DNA from: an uncultured Rhabdochlamydiaceae bacterium
GTDB lineage: Bacteria > Chlamydiota > Chlamydiia > Chlamydiales > Rhabdochlamydiaceae
NCBI GenBank assembly: GCA_963712275.1
Contig: CAVQHD010000001.1
Span: 1,852,169-1,916,168, forward strand
Length of the DNA stretch: 64,000 nucleotides
Direction of reading: 5' to 3'
Part shown: piece by piece, positions 57,068 through 64,000 of the stretch
How the letters are laid out: the number at the start of each line of letters is the position of its first letter
How positions within the stretch are numbered: position 1 is the stretch's first letter
The notes under the pieces: model-generated
What the model saw: the letters and a program-made list of their open reading frames with translations, nothing else
Told to the model about the DNA's origin: nothing
Database searches by the model: none
Translations under genes and position numbers: made by a program

Positions 57068-57877
57068 ATGGCAACTACACTAACTATCCCAAGTTCCGCT
57101 ATAGCAAGGCAGTTTCAAGCCCTTTTGACGGAAGAAAAAGATGTTCCTACTTTTTTTGACGAATTTCGAGCCCTTCCAAAATCAGACGAAGCCAAGGTTA
57201 AGTACAACCATGCCTACGTCTTTCTAAGTACAGCTGCTTTTGCTAGCTCAGCAATTGCTTTCAAGTTCCTTCAAAAGCATAGAGAGCCTGTTGCGGTCGT
57301 TTTAGCCTGTATAGGACTTTTTTTCGCCGTGGTTTTTTACGCAGCAAAGGAAAACGTGCCCACTGAAAAATGCGCCAAAATGCGAATTCGTTTCAAAGAG
57401 TTCTGTGATCCCCTAATTAAAGCGCTTAATGACGGAAGAGTGGTCAAAACAGACCTACTCGAAAGACTCATCTGTGGTCCAAAAAATAAACCTAACAATT
57501 ATGACACTCTTAAACAGATCGAAAATTGCGTGCAAGATTGTACAAACGCTTATGATACAGGTTCTGAAAGCGACCTACGCCGTTTCTTTAATCAAGATAG
57601 CTCAGATGCTGAAGCAGTTACAAAGAAGGTTAAGGACTATCAAGAAGCTCTCCCATTAGTAGGCAATTATCTGGATCCAAAGTTTCAGGAAAAGATCCCT
57701 AAGAATTTGGACTCAGAAGTTCAGACAGGACTAAACGTATTAAAGCAAACTGCTACTTCTTTTCTTTATGGTTACGATAAACCTGCGGACAAAGATAATA
57801 AAAATGCTAAGCTCTATGTCAACGCCACCCTCAACAAGGAAGGAACAGCAAAGGTAGAATCTTGGATTAAAGCTTAA
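57068..57877 (+). CDS. Two-TM hypothetical protein, tandem paralog 1 (Inc-like topology)
   Basis: Bilobed hydrophobic region; shares VPTxxC, FCxPLIxAL, FQxKIxKxLD and GYDKP...YVNA with paralogs 2 and 3; AGGAGG RBS. Confidence 0.8.
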   Translation: MATTLTIPSSAIARQFQALLTEEKDVPTFFDEFRALPKSDEAKVKYNHAYVFLSTAAFASSAIAFKFLQKHREPVAVVLACIGLFFAVVFYAAKENVPTEKCAKMRIRFKEFCDPLIKALNDGRVVKTDLLERLICGPKNKPNNYDTLKQIENCVQDCTNAYDTGSESDLRRFFNQDSSDAEAVTKKVKDYQEALPLVGNYLDPKFQEKIPKNLDSEVQTGLNVLKQTATSFLYGYDKPADKDNKNAKLYVNATLNKEGTAKVESWIKA

Positions 57878-57910
57878 TTTCTTTTAAGCTTCTCTACCAA
57901 CTAATCCCGC

Positions 57911-57942
57911 CCGCTGAGGAGTTTCTCCTCAGCAGGCTTTTT
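57911..57942 (+). terminator. Probable intrinsic terminator
   Basis: GCTGAGGAG-TTT-CTCCTCAGC stem followed by a T-tract. Confidence 0.7.
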
Positions 57943-58195
57943 GTATTCAATGAGAGTTGTGTTTAGATTCGCTTCCCCTACCCAAAAGCTCGTTAGAGTC
58001 TCTTTCCTAAATAAAAATTATCTCTCCCCAAAATATAGTTCCATCCTTATGCCAGCGGAAACCCCGACGCTATCTTCTGTTCACTACCTCTACTTCTTAA
58101 GTCGTAGGCTAAATAGTAAATAAAAATTTACTGGTTTAAAATATAGCCTCTTGGGTACAATCATCTTTTCTAAAATCCTTAAAGGAGTTTTTTCG

Positions 58196-59083
58196 ATGGA
58201 TATAGTTAAGTCAAATCCCATTTTTATAGCAGAGCAGTTTGAGACTCTTGTAGAAGAAGATAATGAGGGTCTTACTTTTTTTTATGACTATGAAGCCCTT
58301 AAACCAGAAACCGAGACCAAGGTTAAATGGAGCCCTACCTATGTCGTCCTAAGTGGAGCTGCTTTTGTTTCTTCAGCAATTGCTTGCAAGTTCTTTCAAA
58401 GCCAAAGAACCTCTGTTACAGCCACTTTAGCCTTTGGAGGAGCCATGGCAGGCCTGGCTTTTCTTTACGTATCAAGGCAAGTGAGGCAAGTGCCCACTGA
58501 AGCATGCACTAGAATACGAGCTGCTTTCAAAAAATTCTGTGAACCCCTAATTCAGGCGCTTAATGACGGAAGAACGGCCAAAACAAACGCTCTTATAAGA
58601 GTCATTCAAGGTCCACAGGATAACCCTAAGCACTATGACGATTCTGTTATACTCAAAAATCACGTAAGTAGTCATATAAACACTTATGATAACACCAGTA
58701 AGAACGCCCTAGAACCTTTCTTTAATGAAAACAAATCAGATTACCAATCAATTACGGAGCAAATTGAAGGCTATCAACAAGCTGCCAAGTTAGTAGGACA
58801 GTATCTGGACAAAAAGTTTCAGGACAAGATCCCTAAGAATTTGGACTTAGAACTACAGAAAGAACTAGTCAGCTTAAACCAAGCCGCTACTACTTTTCTT
58901 TATGGTTACGATAAACCTGCGAAAGAAGAGCCCAAAGATGCTAAGCCCTATGTCAACGCCACCTTGAATGCAGACAAAACAGCAACGGTAAAATCTTGGA
59001 TTAAAGGTAACAGTTCAGATACCCCCGCCTTCGGCAGGATAGGGGTATCTGAAAAAAATGGAAGAGGATTAAACGGCGATTAA
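58196..59083 (+). CDS. Two-TM hypothetical protein, tandem paralog 2; C-terminus extended into IS66
   Basis: Homologous to paralog 1; ATG 58196 after AAGGAG; native ending SWIKA* interrupted at 59006. Confidence 0.8.
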   Translation: MDIVKSNPIFIAEQFETLVEEDNEGLTFFYDYEALKPETETKVKWSPTYVVLSGAAFVSSAIACKFFQSQRTSVTATLAFGGAMAGLAFLYVSRQVRQVPTEACTRIRAAFKKFCEPLIQALNDGRTAKTNALIRVIQGPQDNPKHYDDSVILKNHVSSHINTYDNTSKNALEPFFNENKSDYQSITEQIEGYQQAAKLVGQYLDKKFQDKIPKNLDLELQKELVSLNQAATTFLYGYDKPAKEEPKDAKPYVNATLNADKTATVKSWIKGNSSDTPAFGRIGVSEKNGRGLNGD

Positions 59084-60668
59084 TAACGGGACGACTTCTT
59101 GACGCACTTCTAATAGCCGTGGACAGCCTTTTATGGCCTCGGATAAAGCATCCCAGATATTCCAGCCCTGTTTTCGGGCTGTCGATAAGTAGCTCCGAAT
59201 ACGACAAAAAATCTGGCCTCCTTTGGGAGTTCTAAAACAGCCTGCGATCTTTTGCTTGAGCTTTACCATACGAATATCCTGCTCTCCTTGATTGTTCGTA
59301 AAGGGTACTGCAAAATCGTACATGAAGAGGAGGACACTGCTACGGTACTCTTGGAACCGGTCCAGAAGGTTTTTACCATCCCTCTGCTTTTGCCTGCCTC
59401 GCTTGCCTTTAGGCAAGGGAGGCAGTCGCGAGTGATATTCAAGCCCCTCAGCAATAATTTGTGTATACGCCTGTTCTATCTGGTGTAAAACCTCTTTGGG
59501 AAGCACCCATTGAGCTAGATATTTCTCGACCTCATTTTTTGCAAAAATGAGAAGGTCTTTCATCCGTTTTGCCCAACCTTCTTTTTTTTCCTCATGTATG
59601 AATGTAAGCTCCCGCAAATGATGGGCATTGCACAGCCCATGCACAACCTGTTCGTAAGAAAAATAAGGAAACCAATGGTCATGGATCGCTTTCCCTCGGA
59701 ACTGGGATAAAATATTCGCCTCATCCATTGCTTCTTTCCCACGTTTGGAATGTATCATGTAGAAAGTCGACCATTGTGATGAGGTTACGTGAACCCAGTG
59801 AAGTTTTTTCTCACATCTCATCCCTGTTTCATCAAAATGCAGAATCTGTGCTGCTAACAGGTATACTTTTAGACTGCTCTCGAACGATTCGAGCTTCTGA
59901 AAGAGCTTTTCGTCAACATTTGCACAAGTGCCTGGTGAAATAGCAATGCCAAAAATGTCCTCGAAGATTTCGCATACACGGTCAACAGGTATAAAATGTT
60001 GATGGGCAAAGTAAGCTGTTAGTGCTTGAACTCTCTCTCCATATTGAACGGGGCCTCTAACATTCTCAGGGAAAGCTGCCCTATTGAACTCTCCACAACA
60101 AGGACATTGTTTTTCCAGAGCACGATGTTCTGTTACCTCGATTTTTGGTTGGGGTAAATCAAAGACTTGTCGCGCTTCAGTGCAAACACCCGCTACTTGA
60201 CTGAGACTCGATCCACATCCGTTACAGCTTGTAGGCGTATGAGTCACCACTAAATCAGGATTTGCGACTTGAGCAAGACCTTTTCCGACATGTCCTTGTT
60301 GTCCTCCTGGTTTTTTGCCCGATTGATTGCGTAGGCTTTTTGGCTTTCTCTTCAACCCATCGCTGCTAGGAGGTTTGCTACTATTGGAGCTGTTTTTCGA
60401 TAGACGAGTTTCTAAATCTTGGACACGGGTTTCTAGCTGTTGTATGCGGATCTGCTGTTGCTGAATGGTTGCTTCGAGATAACGAATATATGAACGGATC
60501 GACTCGGGCAATGAATCAAAAACTTCACCGGAAAGACTTGGTATCGAACCTGTCGAATAATTCATGCTAACATGGTATCAAAAAACTCTTACGATGAAAA
60601 GTTAAATTTTATCTTCATGCCACTTTTCAGATGCCCCCTGTCTTGCCGAAGGCGGGGGTATCTGAACT
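59007..60668 (-). mobile_element. IS66-family insertion sequence (single-ORF type)
   Basis: Left end GTAACAGTTCAG; about 45-bp inverted repeats at 59012-59055 and 60624-60668; the right end lacks the terminal GTTAC. Confidence 0.9.
59069..60565 (-). CDS. IS66-family transposase
   Basis: Coiled coil, KNSSNSSKPPSSD, GGQQGH, CxxC...CPCC, HFDETG, LCNAHHLREL, FTNNQGEQDIR. Confidence 0.95.
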   Translation of the reverse strand: MNYSTGSIPSLSGEVFDSLPESIRSYIRYLEATIQQQQIRIQQLETRVQDLETRLSKNSSNSSKPPSSDGLKRKPKSLRNQSGKKPGGQQGHVGKGLAQVANPDLVVTHTPTSCNGCGSSLSQVAGVCTEARQVFDLPQPKIEVTEHRALEKQCPCCGEFNRAAFPENVRGPVQYGERVQALTAYFAHQHFIPVDRVCEIFEDIFGIAISPGTCANVDEKLFQKLESFESSLKVYLLAAQILHFDETGMRCEKKLHWVHVTSSQWSTFYMIHSKRGKEAMDEANILSQFRGKAIHDHWFPYFSYEQVVHGLCNAHHLRELTFIHEEKKEGWAKRMKDLLIFAKNEVEKYLAQWVLPKEVLHQIEQAYTQIIAEGLEYHSRLPPLPKGKRGRQKQRDGKNLLDRFQEYRSSVLLFMYDFAVPFTNNQGEQDIRMVKLKQKIAGCFRTPKGGQIFCRIRSYLSTARKQGWNIWDALSEAIKGCPRLLEVRQEVVPLLIAV

Positions 60669-60708
60669 AGAGCTTAATTTCTTTTAAGCTTTTCTACCAA
60701 TTAATCCC

Positions 60709-60742
60709 ACCCGCTAAGGAGCTTTTCCTCGGCGGGTTTTTT
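60709..60742 (+). terminator. Probable intrinsic terminator (duplicate of 57911-57942)
   Basis: ACCCGCTAAGGA...TCCTCGGCGGGT followed by a T-tract. Confidence 0.65.
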
Positions 60743-60882
60743 TGTATACATCGGGCTGTGTTTAGGTTTACTTCCCCTGCTCAAAAGCCCATTAGAGCCT
60801 CTTTCCTAAATAAAAATTATCTCTTTCCAAAATATAGCTCCATGTTTATAATTTCTTTTAAAAAATTCAGGGAGGTTTTTCT

Positions 60883-61659
60883 ATGTCAACACCACCAGTA
60901 AGTTCCAAGGTTGTATTGGACGGATTTAAAGCTATTGTAGAGGGGGGTGCTGAGAAATTTTGTTCTGAATATGAAACCCCTAAAAACCCAACCGAGAGCA
61001 AGACTGAATACAGCTATACCTACGGCTGCCTCAGTGTAGCCGCCTTTACTTGCTCAGCCATTTTTTCTCGGCATCTTAATTTTTATAAAAACTATATTAT
61101 GGTTGCTTTCTTCATTGCGGGAGCCATGAGTTTGTATCTAACAAAGCAAGTGAAACAAGTGCCCACTCAAGAGTGCGTTGATATACGAGATAGGTTCAAA
61201 CAATTCTGTGATCCTCTTATTGAAGCGCTTGAGCAGGCAAAAATGGATAAAATTGCAGCACTCCACAGAGCCATTCGTGGTCCATCTGAGAATCCGACTA
61301 AATATGTAAGCGACATTGAGCTCGAGGGTCAAGCAAGAAAATATATAAATGGTTACGATACGGGTGGTGAGAATACCAGCTCACATTTTTCTTGGAATGT
61401 AGACCCTGTTAAGGCCCAAGTTCTTAACTACCGGGATGCTCTTGAGTGGGTAGAAAGATATCTGGCGTCAGGCTTTCAGGAGAAGATCTCTAAAGAGTTG
61501 GACCCAGAAGTACAAAAAGGGGTAGCAAAACTAAAAGGAGCTGCTACTTGTTTTGTTCATGGTTATGACAAACCTGAGAAAGAAACTCCCGCAAATGCCA
61601 AACTTTATGTCAATGCTAAGTGGAATGGAACCGCAGCAAGTGTAGAGGCTTGGGAATAA
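60883..61659 (+). CDS. Two-TM hypothetical protein, tandem paralog 3
   Basis: Same motifs as paralogs 1 and 2; GGAGG RBS. Confidence 0.8.
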   Translation: MSTPPVSSKVVLDGFKAIVEGGAEKFCSEYETPKNPTESKTEYSYTYGCLSVAAFTCSAIFSRHLNFYKNYIMVAFFIAGAMSLYLTKQVKQVPTQECVDIRDRFKQFCDPLIEALEQAKMDKIAALHRAIRGPSENPTKYVSDIELEGQARKYINGYDTGGENTSSHFSWNVDPVKAQVLNYRDALEWVERYLASGFQEKISKELDPEVQKGVAKLKGAATCFVHGYDKPEKETPANAKLYVNAKWNGTAASVEAWE

Positions 61660-61717
61660 AGCGCGTTTTGCAAGCTTCTTCTGACAAAAAACGACCGATT
61701 TGATATGACACTAAGCA

Positions 61718-64000
61718 ATGGAGCTGGTACGCCCTTTCTCTTCTCTCTCTAAAAATGATGTTCCTCTGGTCGGTGGTAAAAATGCCTCTCTTGGAGAAAT
61801 GATTCAAGCTCTTTCCCCCCAAGGGATTGTGGTTCCAGATGGGTTTGCCATCACTGCCTTGGCTTATCGGCATTACCTCGACACCAATGCTCTCCGCACC
61901 CCTTTAGAGCGGTTGCTCTCTGCGCCTCTTTCCCTTCAAGAGAAAGGGCAAAAAATCCGCGCTCTTTTTTTGCAAGGGACTTTCTCCCCCGTGTTGCAAG
62001 AGAGCATCGAACATGCGTATGAGTCGATGGGACGCAGCGTCGACGTTGCAATCCGCAGCAGCGCAACGGCAGAAGACCTTCCTGAAGCCAGCTTTGCAGG
62101 ACAGCAAGAGAGCTATCTGCATATCCGCGGGACTAAAGCTGTTCTAGAAGCGTGCAAAAAATGTTTTGCCTCCCTCTTTACCGACCGGGCAATCACCTAT
62201 CGCGAAGTGCACCAGTTCGACCATCTCAAGATTGCCCTCTCCATCGGAGTTCAACGGATGGTCCGCGCAGATCATGGAGCAGCGGGCGTTCTCTTTACTC
62301 TCGATCCTGAAACAGGATTTCGGAATCTGATCACGATCAATGGGGCATGGGGCCTTGGAGAGACCGTTGTTCAAGGGACCATTATCCCCGATGAGTTCGT
62401 GATCTTTAAACCGACCTTAACCGTTTTGAAAAAGCAACTGGGCTCAAAAGAGAAACAGCTTGTCTATTCTGGCTCCCACACAAAACTGCGCAAAACCCCA
62501 AAACTCAAGCAAACCCGCTTTGTTCTCTCCGATGAAGATCTAATCCTCCTCTCTCGGTGGGCCCTTGCCATTGAAAGCCACTACGAGCGGCCGATGGATA
62601 TCGAGTGGGCTAAAGATGGAACGACGGGAAAGCTCTACATCTTGCAAGCCCGACCAGAGACTGTTCAATCTCAAAAAAAATTATCTCAGTTTAAGACCTA
62701 TGAGCTAAAAACCACCAAAACTCCTGTCCTGGTAGGCCTTGCCATTGGAGAAGCAATCACAACAGGCGGTGTCCAAGTGATTTCTGATGTGCGACAGATT
62801 CAAACGTTTAAACCGGGCTCCATTTTAGTCACCACGCAAACTTCGCCCGATTGGGTTCCCATCATGAAACAGGCGCGTGGGATCATCACAGACCACGGCG
62901 GCCGCACCTCACATGCCGCCATCGTCAGCCGAGAACTGGGGATTCCTGCTATTGTTGGGACCGTCCATGCGACTCATACCCTCCAGACAGGCGATCAGAT
63001 CACCCTCTCTTGCGCCGGCGGCTCTAAAGGAGCCATCTATGATGCGATTCTTCCCTTTCAAACACATGAGATCGATCTCTCTCACCTCTCCAAGCCTCCT
63101 ATTCCCCTTCTGATGAACATCTCCAGTCCTGAAGAGGCGCTCAAATGGTGGCATATTCCCTGCCAAGGGATAGGTCTTGCCCGGATGGAATTTATCATTA
63201 ACAACACCATTCAAATCCACCCGATGGCTTTAGCGCATCCTGAGAAGGTCTCCTCTTCTAAAACACACCGGAAAATTGAGCAGCTCACCCGCCACTTCTC
63301 TTCCCCACAAGATTATTTTATCGAAAACCTCGCTAGCGGCCTTGCTCAAATTGCCGCCATTCGGTACCCCGACCCTGTCATCGTCCGTTTTTCCGATTTT
63401 AAAACCAATGAATACGCCCGTTTGATTGGAGGGTCTGATTTCGAATCCCACGAAGAAAATCCGATGCTGGGGTTTCGAGGAGCTAGCCGGTATTACCATG
63501 AAACCTATCGCGACGGCTTTGCGCTCGAGTGCCGTGCTCTTAAAAAAGCGCGCGAAGAGCTGGGGCTGACCAACATCATTCCAATGATTCCTTTCTGCCG
63601 AACCCCCGAAGAAGCGGCCCAAGTTCTCAAAGAATGCGCACGGCATGGCCTTGAGCGCGGCAAAAATGGCCTTCTCATCTACATGATGGCAGAAATCCCT
63701 TCGAACATCTTGCTGGCTGATCAATTTGCAGCCCTCTTTGATGGGTTTTCCATCGGATCAAACGACCTCACCCAGCTTATCCTCGGCATTGATCGCGATG
63801 CCGAAAAGCTCGCTCCTCTATTCGATGAAAGAAATCCCGCCGTGAAACAGATGATTCAGACTCTTATTCAAAAAGCCCATGCCCACGGCCGCAAGGTCGG
63901 CATCTGCGGACAAGCCCCCAGCGACTACCCCGACTTTGCTAAGTTTCTCATTCAAGAAAAAATTGACACGATCTCCCTCAGCCCCGATCGCATCATTCCT
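61718..64000 (+). CDS. ppsA: Phosphoenolpyruvate synthase (runs off the window)
   Basis: MELVRPF...VGGKNASLGEM, AIRSSATAEDLPEASFAGQQES, GGRTSHAAIVSRELG, EENPMLGFRGA, GFSIGSNDLTQ; absent from the ORF track because there is no stop in the window. Confidence 0.96.
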   Translation, partial: MELVRPFSSLSKNDVPLVGGKNASLGEMIQALSPQGIVVPDGFAITALAYRHYLDTNALRTPLERLLSAPLSLQEKGQKIRALFLQGTFSPVLQESIEHAYESMGRSVDVAIRSSATAEDLPEASFAGQQESYLHIRGTKAVLEACKKCFASLFTDRAITYREVHQFDHLKIALSIGVQRMVRADHGAAGVLFTLDPETGFRNLITINGAWGLGETVVQGTIIPDEFVIFKPTLTVLKKQLGSKEKQLVYSGSHTKLRKTPKLKQTRFVLSDEDLILLSRWALAIESHYERPMDIEWAKDGTTGKLYILQARPETVQSQKKLSQFKTYELKTTKTPVLVGLAIGEAITTGGVQVISDVRQIQTFKPGSILVTTQTSPDWVPIMKQARGIITDHGGRTSHAAIVSRELGIPAIVGTVHATHTLQTGDQITLSCAGGSKGAIYDAILPFQTHEIDLSHLSKPPIPLLMNISSPEEALKWWHIPCQGIGLARMEFIINNTIQIHPMALAHPEKVSSSKTHRKIEQLTRHFSSPQDYFIENLASGLAQIAAIRYPDPVIVRFSDFKTNEYARLIGGSDFESHEENPMLGFRGASRYYHETYRDGFALECRALKKAREELGLTNIIPMIPFCRTPEEAAQVLKECARHGLERGKNGLLIYMMAEIPSNILLADQFAALFDGFSIGSNDLTQLILGIDRDAEKLAPLFDERNPAVKQMIQTLIQKAHAHGRKVGICGQAPSDYPDFAKFLIQEKIDTISLSPDRIIP

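Noticed and set aside
373..63724. Numerous antisense or alternate-frame ORFs overlapping lepA, gnd, ftsI, proS, clpC, radA, hemF, ppsA and others
   Set aside because: They are shadow ORFs of well-supported genes and show no recognisable motifs.

Overview
A 64-kb chromosomal segment from an environmental Chlamydiota bacterium. The assignment is inferred from gene order matching the Chlamydia CT268-CT299 region: amiA-murE-ftsI-ftsL-rsmH, CT273/CT274-like, dnaA-bactofilin, gcvH, lplA, clpC-mnmA, ptsN-ptsN-dut-accD, sod, hemC-radA-rnc. Other housekeeping genes are lepA, ppi, gnd, tRNA-Arg(CCT), mraZ, bioY, proS, dapL, hemD/hemG/hemF and ppsA. Accessory genes sit between them: F-box/ankyrin/LRR effector-like proteins, two divergent Clp-type AAA+ proteins, three AAA-ATPase/PD-(D/E)xK genes, a TLC-family transporter, a tandem triplet of Inc-like paralogs, an IS66 and IS remnants. 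The most striking non-coding structure is about 11 long, non-coding palindromic elements of several sequence families. They mostly begin and end in TA, and one TA duplication is shown by an empty-site copy inside the window. They nest inside one another, sit on stop codons, and show copy-specific covariation between arms. One pair brackets an ATPase-nuclease gene as a direct repeat. Also notable: an internally deleted four-helix-bundle gene between 41-bp inverted repeats, an rsmH frameshift at a T9 run, and three palindromes spaced exactly 32 bp apart upstream of an AAA ATPase. All calls come from reading the sequence by eye; no searches were run.
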